Shown piece by piece: positions 39,800-52,249 of a stretch of 64,000 bases of DNA. Source of the DNA: Octopus vulgaris (lineage: Eukaryota); assembly GCA_951406725.2 (NCBI GenBank), contig OX597833.1, positions 15,686,001 to 15,750,000 on the forward strand. Direction: 5' to 3'. Position 1 is the stretch's first letter, and each line of letters begins with the position of its first letter. Below the pieces are notes generated by a model that did no database searches, was not told the DNA's origin, and was given only the letters and a program-made list of their open reading frames with translations. Made by a program: the position numbers and the translations under genes.

Positions 39800-40140
39800 T
39801 GTTCGGAGACCCCCTTCGGTCACGACACAGACCATGGGATTGCACCTAGAAAGTTACCCTCCTAGACACAAGTCCGGGTGAGGTTGTTTATGGAAGACCA
39901 GCAGTCGCCCATGCATACCAGCCTCCCTTCTCCTCACCACTGATGTTATCCAAGGGAAAGGCAAAGGGGCCGATACAGCTTGGCACCTGTGACGTCGCAA
40001 CTCATTTCTACAGCTGAGTAAACTGGAGCAACGTGAAATAAAGTGCCTTGCTCAAGAACACAACACGCAGCCCGGTCCGGGATTCGAGCTCACAACCTCA
40101 CGATCGTAAGCTCGACGCTCTAACCACTGAGCCATGCGCA
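39800..40140 (-). mobile_element. SINE with D head and tail Z, inserted in the 5' LTR
   Basis: gcgcatggctcagtggttagagcg..ctcgaatcccggaccgg..gttcttgagcaaggcactttatttcacgttgctccag, then a unique tail. Confidence 0.85.
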
Positions 40141-40395
40141 TACACATTAATTATTGTTACTACACCGTTATAGAGTGAAACAAAGTACCGTCATAACAAT
40201 GGGCAGAGCAACAATACTGGCGACGATGTTTCGAAGATCATGGAGGATAATAAACAAATTTTTGTGACACAAAATTATTAATTATGGAAGACTTATTAGC
40301 TTCTATTGCAACAGTAACAGCACGAACAGCAACAGGAGTTGCAGAACAACTTGAAGATCAACAACTACAACAAAACCAGTTGTAGTGCCAAAGCA

Positions 40396-40662
40396 CTGGG
40401 GTAGAAAGGGCTCCTTAGCCGTAGTGAAGGCAATCTATCTAGGGAGATAACCTTACAATAAATCACTGGGTCCGTAGCTTAGAAATACTGGGTTGACGTC
40501 CAGCGGGAACAGCTTTGTTTCATGGAGGAGGAAAGATCTTCTTTAGTACTTGGTTGTACAATGCTTTCCAATGTGTGTAGTAGTGGCGCGCGCACACATT
40601 ATTAGCCATTTGAAAAGACTATGAAAGTCTCGACCACGGTCGAACAATGATGATGATGATGA
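40396..40662 (+). mobile_element. Short non-autonomous retroposon with (GAT)n tail, probably RTE-derived
   Basis: TSD tgccaaagca at 40386-40395 and 40663-40672; 3' hairpin tcgaccacggtcga; no Pol III boxes seen. Confidence 0.7.
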
Positions 40663-41183
40663 TGCCAAAGCAACAACAGAATGAGTCGAACAACAGTACT
40701 CAAGGGTCAGCCAGCAGTTGATGGAATTTATAAGGAAATTTAGAAACGCTTCAAGTTAGTTTTCACCAGACGGCGTATCGGACTCTCAAATTGAATTCAG
40801 TTATAACCCAGAAGAGGGTATAACGCTTGCCGTATAGTTCAGAAGGTACGAAGAAATCTCCAAGGAAGATTGCAAATTGTGGACGGACGAGGAAAAAGTA
40901 AAAATATTATTACGTAAATTAACTCCGTGAGAACATGAGGAATATTGTAATTTTATACTACCCCCAAAAAACTAGCGAAATGTGGAGCTATATTACAATT
41001 CGTGGTAAAACCCGTAGAGCAAAAGTCTTCGTGTTAATATAGGCAAGAAATCTGTTCCCTACGGACTGGATGCAATTGTTTAATTTATGGGACCTACCCA
41101 TAAATCTGATCTGTAAAAACATTTGTTGTAACCTGATGCCAGTGACTGTATAAGATATAACACGTAAATCAGTGTTGGGTAAA

Positions 41184-41697
41184 TCTATATATGTAGATGT
41201 GTAGTTGTGTGAGTGTCTGTCCGCTTCGATTTAGATTCCTAACTACTCCCACATTTTGCGGTGCAGTTTAACCAAATTCGGGTATCTTATAGTCGTAATT
41301 CATATCGAGCCCGTCTGAGTATTAGCGCGCGTCTACGATGAGTCTACGATTTTTAAAATAATTTAACATCATTTTTTATTCCATTTTAATGCATAATTTT
41401 TCGTGTGTCGATGGCGGCGGAGTTGGCGTCCACGCTCACAGCTGCACCTGTGTTGCTTTTCCCTCTTCTTCCCTCCCTCGTGAAGCTGTGGGGAAGGGAG
41501 TTTAAGGAAATCAACGTCGTAATGCGTTGTCAAGGAGACCAGCGTTCTTTTAGAACAACGACTTCATGGCTTGAAGACACCAAAACAGAAATGGCTAAGA
41601 AAGCCCGAATTGGCATCTATAGGGGAAGTAATTCTCTAAAAATGCTTATATAGTTATTTCCCTTACAAACCCGAGCAACGCCGGGCGATACTGCTAA
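41184..41697 (+). mobile_element. Helitron-like element carrying a ~215-bp foreign segment, nested in Gypsy pol
   Basis: a|TC start, hairpin plus CTAA|t end; 41400-41615 is homologous to the reverse complement of ~900-1090. Confidence 0.85.
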
Positions 41698-43737
41698 TAC
41701 ATCATAAAATTGAAGGAAACCTTGAAAAATAAACAAAATGGAAACGCGATGCTCTGTGACGATGTACAAATGTAGGCACAAAGAGTCAAGAATGAAAGCC
41801 TTGATGATGAGTTAAGTGTTTTAGCCGACAATTGACCGGGACATTGAAAATTTGATGAAATCATGTAGAGGTTGTGCGCCAGCAGCCAAGGCACCACCGG
41901 TGAAAAAACATCCCAGACTGATAGTACGTGGTCCAGGTTACATATAGACTACGCTGGACTGGTGAATAGCGCGTAATACTTGATCAATGTTGATAGTTTT
42001 GCCAAATAGCTGGAATTATGTAGGTGCAGTCAACCAACATCGAAGGCAACAATAAAGTTCCAGCACAAACCTTTTTGTCGATACAGGGCACGAGTTCAAA
42101 GATGTCTGCAAAATGCTTGCAATCGAGCACATATTTACCCCCTCCTTACCACCTGAGATCAAATGGGCAAGTAGAACGATTTGTGGACACTTTTAGGCGA
42201 CCACTAAAAAAAAATCAAGGAACGAGTAAGGAAATGACGAAACGCTATCTGAATTCTTAAAGGTGTACAGAATAACGCCCAATCCGAATACCAGTACAGG
42301 CAAATTGCTTGTAGAACTAATGTCCACTCGGAAGATAAAATCTGTCTTCGACAAATTGTTGCCAGAGAGAAAAACGTGTAGAGAAACTACAAAAAATTCA
42401 ACAAAACGTTTTGATAAGGAAAACAAAGTCCATTTCAAATTATACAAGAACGGTAAAGAAGGTTGGGAGGGCATGGTGTATTTAATAAAAACTAGACATA
42501 CAGAAGAAAAGAACGAAATTCCAATGGAAGTATTTTATGACATGTTCGATGTGCCAGTACGAAATGAGATTGAGCCTAGAAGGAGCAGGAACAGAAAACG
42601 TAAAGAGACTAAGCATTTAGAAATAATTCGTAAACGGAAACGGCATTGAACTCCCTAGGGAATCGAAATTCCAAAAAGGGAGAGGTGTTGGAAAGAAAAA
42701 AATAATAATAAAAATAAAATAAATTAAATTTATTTTCCTACGGAAGTCGAAATCTCAAAATGGGAGGTGTTGTGGCGAGAGTCACGATCCCCCGTGCGAG
42801 AATAGACTGACCGAACGACTATAAATAGTAGCGGTCGGAGTGAGATAAGAGGTAGAGTAGGCATTAGACGAAGGAAGTCTTTAGTTGTCATTTTAGTAGC
42901 TGTCGGAATGTCGTTTGTTGGTTTATAGAGAGTTTGTTATATACTTACGCTGTTGTTACCCTGCTTCGTTATATATTTTATTGTTACTACACAATTTTAG
43001 TGTAAACAAGAATCGCCATAACAATGGACGATATAATATATACATGCATAATGATTGCCCATACATGTATGTATAGAGATGGAAAAATGGAAAAACAGTT
43101 TGGGTTGCAAGAATTGTAAGTACAATCAAAACACAAGAGAAATTCTTCTGAAACTTCATAGAAATAATAACTAATGTTAAGAATAACATTGACGAAACGT
43201 AAACATCGAACTTCTTCCATTTCAAAGAGAAATGAAGAACATACAAACAGAAAAGCAGAATCACATTATAAAGAGAGATAATGTCAAATATTTGGAAAAG
43301 TTCCGAAAACGAATGCAAACAAATATATTGGAATAGCATTCGTTGCGATTATATCGCGAACATCTATCAGGAAATATATAACAAAATAACTCCACAAGGA
43401 AATGAACATATCAAATGTCATCTAACACATTTGGGGGCGAACTGAAGAAAACAACAAGCATAAACAAGAAAATTGTACAATAAAGGATGAAAAACGGGCA
43501 AAGCAACGATATGTAACCAAGATTATGGAACAATCCCAAATGGTGTATTACGCAAACAAGAGAAGAAAATGCGCAGATAAAATATAATTCACAGTACGAA
43601 TAGAAAATTACGAATTATCGCAAACCTACGAATACATATCGCAAAATCCTAGCTACAGAAAAGAGGACTTAGAAGGTCAGAGAAGGACATAGTGTTACTA
43701 ACTCATTATAAGGGAATATTTATCTGACTATGATACC

Positions 43738-43968
43738 TATTTCTTTATTACCCACAAGGAGACAAACATAAAGGAGACAAACATGGACAGACATAGGTAT
43801 TAAGTCGATTATATCGACCCCAGTGCTTAACTGGTACTTAATTTATCGACCCCGAAAGGATGAAAGGCAAAGTCGACCTCGGCGGAATTTGAACTCACAA
43901 CGTAACGGCAGCCGAAATACCGCTAAGCATTTCGCCCGATGTGCTAACGATTCTGCCAGCTCGCCGCC
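43738..43968 (-). mobile_element. SINE A monomer
   Basis: TSD ttatctgactatgataccta on both sides. Confidence 0.92.
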
Positions 43969-45070
43969 TTATCTGACTATGATACCTAATGAATGAAAGA
44001 AACTAAGGGAAACGTAGGAAATTTTGATTGTAAATGTCTACTAAGAGTATCGCGAAATTCCCCATTTGTATTCTGTGCGTTTGCCACTGCAGGAAACTAG
44101 AACTAAAACGGCGACATTTCAATCTCAAGATAGAGCTAATCTCATCTTCATTAACCTAGTGAATATAGTACAGGAAAGAACGTCAGTTTGCTGATAAATG
44201 TGTTCGTAACGGGTAGACTAGCTCCGTGCGCTTTTCCTGATTTCCAGACTAGAAAACCCTGAAGCTTTGACCCTCTTTATCCGCTAAGTCGTGTTTCTGA
44301 CAAATCAACCATTTCTATACCATAACCCTTCTCTCTCATAAAATTAGTTACACCCTTGAACGTTTGGACTTTACAAGAGATATAGATTGATTTCTATATG
44401 TTTTCGTTTTGTAAACTTCGTCAATGGTTCCTCAGAATCGTTTTCCACTCGTATTGACTTGATTGAACGATTTGTATCCCACCGTTTCTCTAGACGTTCC
44501 CGGAGTGTGTTAGTTGTTGCAATCCCGAGGTAGAATTGCCTGGACATCTGAGAAGGATTTTTGGCTTGGTGCTACATACCTACATCCCCACAGCCATGCC
44601 ATTCAAATCTCCATTGTTCAGGCTTACATCTAACAGCTTCGAGTCTCTCAAACGTGCCCAATTCGCAAATTAGTATTCGCCATCGTGCCCTTGAATTTTT
44701 AGCATCTTGTTAAATGATTTCGCCTCAGATTTAGATTCCCATTGCCTTGGCCCTCATAGCCATAGCATGGAGGATCAAAAGAGATATGATATTTGGAGTA
44801 CCATGCCTGTTTAACATACAGATGGGAACAATGTTTATTTAAATATGTTCTTTATTCAACTTGCAACAACATCTTCATAAGTTACTGAACTCCGTTTTTA
44901 CATCCAATTGCTCTAACTACTCGTCCACTGCACCCTGGTATATGCTGACGGTTGACTGTGAAATCACTCTATCACAACTGAACGGTATATTAACATATGC
45001 ATACAGGCATATGCACACACACATATACACATATACATATACACATACATACATTTATGCATGCATACGT

Positions 45071-45162
<92 letters not shown>

Positions 45163-46079
45163 GCATACATACACACATACATATATATACATATATACAT
45201 ATGCAAACATAAAATAAACTAGATGTTGAGCGCTGAAACAGCAACATTTTCTTCTTGTTATCTTAATTTGAATATTTTTCTTATGATTAGGATATTTTTT
45301 AGCGATTATTCATATATCTAATCAATGCTATTGGTCAATAATTAGTATTACTCTAATTAAGCATACAAAGAAACAGAAAGAAAAGCTGCCACGTTATATA
45401 ACAATACAAGCAGTATTATTAATTAGTTCATTTATGTATATAATAAACTAAGGCGAAAGCGATCTTTGATATTCTGACGCTACTAATTAGAGAAGATAGA
45501 GATACCTTGGCGCAATAAGTTTGTTTGTCTGTTTATACTGAGGGAGAATTGGACGGTTGTATAGACAGGTCGTTATTAAAACCCTGAGGCTATTGTTTGA
45601 GAGTGGTTGTGGTTAATAGAGTCCAGCTACAATTGTCTCTTCTCTGAAGGCCTGTCACGTTCACAGACATCGCAGTTTTCGGAGTGCAGTTGCATCACTT
45701 TCGAATGTGCCGACGGACCAGATGGGATGGTTGGCTAGCTGGCTGACTGGTTAGCTTAGTGACTATGCGATTGGCCGGTACGAAACTGCTGAGACATCAG
45801 CGGGAATGTCTCAGGTGCTAGGACGATAATAATAGCAAGTTAAATATACTCACAGACTAGGAAAATCATTCAACTATCAAAGAAGGTGAATTTAATCGTC
45901 GAAGTTTTTAAAGCACACACAGATTTAGGTCAGGTGTGTGTATGAGCGCACGTGTGTGTGTGTGTGTCTGTGTGTTATTAGAGAGGTGGGATACAGCTAA
46001 ACCATGAATTTCCTGGACATGATACGTAATATTTACGGAAAATTATATGATAATATTGGTTTTCCTTCTTAGAGAAGAG

Positions 46080-47892
46080 GCTACGTTGAGTATATTGACT
46101 CCAGTGCTTAACTGGTGCTACGTTGAGTATATTGACTCCAGTGCTTAACTGGTGCTACGTTGAATATATTCACTCCAGTGCTTAACTGGTGCTACGTTGA
46201 GTATATTGACTCCAGTGCTTAACTGGTGCTACGTTGAATATATTAACTCCAGTGCTTAACTGGTGCTACGTTGAGTATATTAACTCCAGTGCTTAACTGG
46301 TGCTACGTTGAGTATATTGACTCCAGTGCTTAACTGGTACTACGTTGAGTATATTGACTCCAGTGCTTAACTGGTGCTACGTTGAGTATATTAACTCCAG
46401 TGCTTAACTGGTGCTACGTTGAGTATATTGACTCCAGTGCTTAACTGGTGCTACGTTGAGTATATTGACTCCAGTGCTTAACTGGTACTACGTTGAGTAT
46501 ATTGACTCCAGTGCTTAACTGGTGCTACGTTGAGTATATTAACTCCAGTGCTTAACTGGTGCTACGTTGAGTATATTAACTCCAGTGCTTAACTGGTGCT
46601 ACGTTGAGTATATTGACTCCAGTGCTTAACTGGTGCTACGTTGAGTATATTGACTCCAGTGCTTAACTGGTGCTACGTTGAGTATATTGACTCCAGTGCT
46701 TAACTGGTGCTACGTTGAGTATATTGACTCCAGTGCTTAACTGGTGCTACGTTGAATATATTCACTCCAGTGCTTAACTGGTGCTACGTTGAGTATATTG
46801 ACTCCAGTGCTTAACTGGTACTACGTTGAGTATATTGACTCCAGTGCTTAACTGGTGCTACGTTGAATATATTGACTCCAGTGCTTAACTGGTGCTACGT
46901 TGAGTATATTGACTCCAGTGCTTAACTGGTGCTACGTTGAATATATTGACTCCAGTGCTTAACTGGTGCTACGTTGAGTATATTGACTCCAGTGCTTAAC
47001 TGGTGCTACGTTGAATATATTCACTCCAGTGCTTAACTGGTGCTACGTTGAGTATATTGACTCCAGTGCTTAACTGGTGCTACGTTGAGTATATTAACTC
47101 CAGTGCTTAACTGGTGCTACGTTGAGTATATTGACTCCAGTGCTTAACTGGTGCTACGTTGAGTATATTGACTCCAGTGCTTAACTGGTGCTACGTTGAG
47201 TATATTGACTCCAGTGCTTAACTGGTGCTACGTTGAATATATTGACTCCAGTGCTTAACTGGTGCTACGTTGAGTATATTGACTCCAGTGCTTAACTGGT
47301 GCTACGTTGAGTATATTGACTCCAGTGCTTAACTGGTGTTACGTTGAATATATTCACTCCAGTGCTTAACTGGTGCTACGTTGAGTATATTGACTCCAGT
47401 GCTTAACTGGTGCTACGTTGAGTATATTAACTCCAGTGCTTAACTGGTGCTACGTTGAGTATATTGACTCCAGTACTTAACTGGTGCTACGTTGAGTATA
47501 TTGACTCCAGTGCTTAACTGGTGCTACGTTGAATATATTGACTCCAGTGCTTAACTGGTGCTACGTTGAGTATATTGACTCCAGTGCTTAACTGGTGCTA
47601 CGTTGAATATATTGACTCCAGTGCTTAACTGGTGCTACGTTGAGTATATTGACTCCAGTGCTTAACTGGTGCTACGTTGAGTATATTCACTCCAGTGCTT
47701 AACTGGTGCTACGTTGAATATATTCACTCCAGTGCTTAACTGGTGCTACGTTGAGTATATTAACTCCAGTGCTTAACTGGTGCTACGTTGAGTATATTAA
47801 CTCCAGTGCTTAACTGGTGCTACGTTGAGTATATTGACTCCAGTACTTAACTGGTGCTACGTTGAGTATACTGACTCCAGTGCTTAACTGGT
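46080..47892. repeat. 37-bp minisatellite, 49 tandem copies, SINE A-derived
   Basis: Unit gctacgttgagtatattgactccagtgcttaactggt; span 1813 bp = 49 x 37; no spacers. Confidence 0.97.
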
Positions 47893-48000
47893 GCTTATAT
47901 AAGCGAACTCAAAGCAGACAAAATGAAATCAACTTCGGCGGTATTTGAACTCAGAACGCAATCAATCGGAAGAAACACTACAAATCATTTTTTTCACCCA
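47893..48000 (-). mobile_element. Old SINE A head continuing from the last minisatellite unit
   Basis: tcaacttcggcggtatttgaactcagaacg matches reverse-complement A (tcgacctcggcggaatttgaactcagaacg). Confidence 0.75.
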
Positions 48001-48038
48001 CTAGGATAATAATTATAGAGCTTGACTCAGAACATACG

Positions 48039-48121
<83 letters not shown>

Positions 48122-48572
48122 CCGCCCCCTCTCTCTCTCGTCGTACATACATAATTTACAATGAATATTGATCCGTCTAAAATTTTCGTTGACAAATTTT
48201 GATGAGGGAATCCATTTCTCCTTTGAAATTTTAAGGAGATTTTTCTTTCTCTATCATTGTATTTAAATTTAGCTTTGATATCTGTTATCTTAGATGTGTA
48301 TACGTCCATTAAAACACAATGGATGACGATTTTAAAACAACATAATCTTTATTGTAATAAATTAGTATTATCCCGTTCAATTCTAACAATTTAAATACTT
48401 TTTTTATCTTAATGGCGACAAAAGTCAGATTTTGAATGATTAGGAATTTATTTTGCCTATACATGTCTCAGAGTTAGAAATCACTGTACCTCGATTTAGA
48501 GAAATACTTACTAATATCGGTATATGTTAATTAATGCTATATGAGTGGAATTTGGTAGATAGGATAGAATTT

Positions 48573-48795
48573 GGATCTTTTCAATTGTATTCACCTCAAT
48601 AGACGTCATTGATTGGTTGAAATTGCCGAAATGCACGAAATAAACAACAAATAGCTTACAAACTACAGAAGTTTCTCAAGAAAGACAAGAGAAAAAGATG
48701 TTTTATGTAACACATTCTACGAATATACGAAGTTTAAAAGTGTTTAGTTACAAAGAAATTATTTTTTAAATCTGCCAATCAAAGCGAAAAGATCC
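48573..48795. mobile_element. MITE with GGATCTTTT TIRs and 8-bp TSD (Merlin-like)
   Basis: tagaattt|ggatcttttt ... aaaagatcc|tagaattt. Confidence 0.78.
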
Positions 48796-49001
48796 TAGAA
48801 TTTTTATAATTTCAACCATGTGTATGTTCACAGAAATGTTTTAAAATGTTTAATATTCGCATTAATATAATTAATATAATTAATATCATTCACTCACCTA
48901 ATATAACAGTCGAGATATCATGAAATCGTCAATGGAAAACAATTTAATCTGCCAACTAGTTTAATATTAATGTGATCGATATGCTACAATTACTCAGCAA
49001 T

Positions 49002-49240
49002 TTGCTCCTTAATCCGTGAAGAGATTGTGAATTCCCGACACACCACTAGTGGCAAATATGTCTAGCGTTTGTCTCCTCTGAAAACGGTATTAATCATCGA
49101 CTAATCATGCTATAACTTTCGTTTGCTATAAAAATGAATATGCAATATATGTTTTAAATGATAAAGAACAAATATTGTTTCTACTTTTTTTCAACCGTGC
49201 AAAGCAAATGGAATTTGACGATGTTTCGTTAGGTCACTTA
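49002..49240 (+). repeat. ~240-bp direct repeat, copy 1 (copy 2 at ~53250-53491)
   Basis: Colinear match from ttgctccttaatcc through aaaacggtattaatcatcgactaatcatgcta to gttagg..actta. Confidence 0.9.
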
Positions 49241-49427
49241 ATAACGAGTAACCGATGAATGTATAAACGATAAACACGCGATTCACAATATTTGCCGACG
49301 TTTTTTTTTTTTTTTCTAGAATCGATATTGCATTTCCGATATCTCAAACTTGGATCTATTCCTGAGTTTGAGTAATAGAACCCAAAACTACATTTTGTAA
49401 TGAGCGTCATAAAGCTAGTTCTGCTTA

Positions 49428-49825
49428 TCTTTATATATAAAAGAGAGGTTGTATGCTGTCTGTCTCCTACGATTTAGATTCCTAACTACTCCCACATTTT
49501 ACGGTGCAGTTTAACCAAAACCGGGTATCTTATAGTTGTGATTCATATCGAGCCCTTCTGGGTATTAGCGCGCGTCTACGATGAGTATACGATTAAAAAA
49601 AAAATTAACATCAATTTTTCCCATTTTTAATGCATTTTTGGCTTATATAAGGGAAGTAACTCTCTAAAAATTTATTATTAAATCTCAGAACGTAAAAAGC
49701 TACAGTAACCCCCCCCCCCCTTTGTGGTTAGCCATATTGAGATGGCTATTATACTTTACATCTCTAAAAATGCTTATATAGTTATTTCCCTTACAAACCT
49801 GAGCAACGCCGGGCGATACTACTAG
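49428..49825 (+). mobile_element. Helitron-like element with ~100-bp unique insert
   Basis: a|TCtttatatataaaag ... gccgggcgatactaCTAG|t; insert bracketed by repeated tctctaaaaat. Confidence 0.85.
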
Positions 49826-50289
49826 TTGTTTATAGATGGAAAAGAGGTACAAATATCAGAGCATATCTACTGGAATCTCCCCTGTTGTAATTGAGCTTCT
49901 ACGTTACTTTGACAACTCCAAAGTCTTCTAAATCTACAATCGTACTTGTAAAATTATTATCTCACTTGAGTGCCATCTAATGTTTATCGTTATTCAGGTC
50001 GCGACATTTCAAATTTTACTTTTTTTTTTTTTTAAATCTACGACTGTTTATCTCCCTGGTATCATCTTGTGATTCGCAAATATTTTCAGACCATTGTTGT
50101 TAACGAGTGGAATACTTTTAAGATTGGCAAAAAGAGCGAAAAACCATTTTTAGCTCTACCAACATATTCATATCCAACTACTTGTAGAGCGATCTCTCCT
50201 CCGCCTGCCTTGCGTGCGGCAGTTTACGCTCGGATGCGTAATGTAGGATGAAAGTATGTGATATACATATCGCTGAAAAAAAATTAGGA

Positions 50290-50600
50290 TTTTTTCTCTT
50301 CTTTCTTTTGCGTTTTCCTAATTTTAGTTCTCCTTTCTTTGACATTATTCATTCTAAAGAGAAAAAAACGAGCCTATTTCTGTTTTATTTGCATCGTTTT
50401 CATAAATGGCATGTGAATCCTTCTGGAATAGTTTCTCGATAATATTGCACTCGTATTCCAAACACTGTTCTTTCGCTTGATTGCAATTCCTTCTTATCAT
50501 TTATTGAGATCTTTGATGTGTTTCTAGTCAATAGCTTTTTCATTCATTTTCTCGTGAGACGTTTCATCTCAGTGACTAACATTTATATATTACTTAATAC
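50290..50600 (-). mobile_element. Decayed LINE fragment (RTE-like EN-RT linker)
   Basis: KHIKDLNKMIRRNCNQAKEQCLEYECNIIEKLFQKDSHAIYE resembles the RTE linker; weak. Confidence 0.4.
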
Positions 50601-51157
50601 CTCAGTGCTATTTCATTAACCCTTGAAATGTTTATATACTCTTTGAGGCTTATCAACCACAGTTGATAGATCACGTGGCACTGCATATGCATTTCTAGCT
50701 TCCATTGTGTAATTTCCACTGATGTGAAAACAATATGTATGTTCGATTTTGGTAAAACTTAGGGTATTTTGAGGTGTTCTAAATTTCCCAGTATTAGGTT
50801 GTTAGCTTTGCTTAAATTTACTCTTGGATGTGAAAGGTACGTTTTAATCTAGATGCAATGCATCTGTTTCAAATTAGATATTCTATGATTTCCCAACGCT
50901 ATTTTCATCATAAACGTTAGATATTGGAAAGTAAGAATTGCCACAAAGAATTTATTTGCATTTATCCATTCTATCCCCTATGCTATTGAAATTGCGTACG
51001 TCATAAGAATCTACTATGCGCTTTTTTTTTTACCTTCTACCACCGGCGTATTTCAATGTCATTCAAGTACTTCGTACTTATGAATAAGTGATGGTTTATT
51101 TAATTGATTTTAGGTGATCAAGAACAGTCCATTTTAATTATACGAATTTTAATATAC

Positions 51158-52037
51158 ATTTCTTTACTACCCACAAGGGGATAAGCATAGAGGGGGCAAA
51201 CAAGGACAGACAAACGGATCAAGTAGATTACATCGACCCCAGTGCGAAACTGGTACTTTATTTATCGACCCCGAAAGGATGAAAAGCAAAGTCAACCTCG
51301 GCTAATTTGAACTCAGAACGTAGCGGCAGACGAAATACAGCTACGCATTTCGCCCGGCTTTCAAACGTTTCTTATTTTTTTATTGCCCACAAGGGGCTAA
51401 ACATAGAGGGGACAAACAAGGACAGACAAAGAGATTAAGTCGATTACATCGGCCCCAGTGCGAAACTGGTACTTTATTTATCGACCCGGAAAGGATGAAA
51501 AGCAAAGTCAACCTCGGAGGAATTTGAACTCAGAACGTAGTGGCAGACGAAATACGGCTACGCATTTCACCCGGCTTGCAAACGTTTCTCATTTCTTTAC
51601 TACCCACAAGAGGCTAAACACAGAGGGGACAAACAAGGACAAACAAAGGGATTAAGTCGATTACATCGACCCGAGAGCGTAACTGGTACTTTATTTATCG
51701 ACTCCGAAAGGATGAAAATCAAAGTCAACCTCGGCGGAATTTGAACTCAGAACGTAGCGGCAGACGAAATACGGCTACGCATTACGCCCGGCTTGCTAAC
51801 GTTTCTCATTTCTTTACTACCCACAAGGGGCTAAACATAGAAGGGACAAACAAGGACAGACAAACGGATTAAGTCGATTACATCGACCCTGTGCATAACT
51901 GGTACATTACTTATCGACCCCCGAAAGGATGAAAGGCAAAGTCAACCTCGGCGGAATTTGAACTCAGAACGTAGCGGCAGACGAAATACTGCTAAGCATT
52001 TCGCCCGGCTTGCTAACGTTTCTGGCAGCTCGCCGCC
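51158..52037 (-). mobile_element. SINE A tetramer with 217-bp period
   Basis: ctcagaacgtag at 51312, 51529, 51746 and 51963; TSD acgaattttaatata. Confidence 0.92.
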
Positions 52038-52249
52038 AACGAATTTTAATATAATTATCTTGAGTCACTTACGCTCGTCATTCATTCCCTCAAATTTGTC
52101 CTGTTGTTACATTTCACGCATATTGCTATTTCACTGTTGCTGTACTTCTCAAGATATTGCTCTCTGACGAAGCTGGGCGCAGTACGACGTTCTCTTATCT
52201 CCTCGTCGAAACCGTTAATGAGAAAATAAGGAGAAAATAAACAAACGAA

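Larger units (their letters stand above)
39600..43038 (+). mobile_element. Decayed, internally deleted Gypsy LTR retrotransposon with both LTRs
   Basis: 5' LTR ~39600-40213 aligns with 3' LTR 42768-43038 (gcgagaa.agactgac.aacgac..cggagtgagat..ctgcttcgttatata..ttattgttactacac..cataacaatgg); PBS tggcgacga 40218-40226; gag FSYNPEEG..RRYEE..KVKILLRKL; integrase RMKALM..CRGC..WSRLHIDYAG..PPYHLRSNGQVERFVDTF..YRITP; PPT aaaatgggagg|TGTTG. Confidence 0.88.

Noticed and set aside
46080-47892. CRISPR array (37-bp palindromic repeats)
   Set aside because: Repeats are contiguous with no unique spacers, there are no cas genes, the context is eukaryotic, and the unit derives from a SINE.
52164-52215. Hammerhead ribozyme (ctgacga..cgaaac)
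   Set aside because: Core words are present but I could not form a convincing stem II between them.
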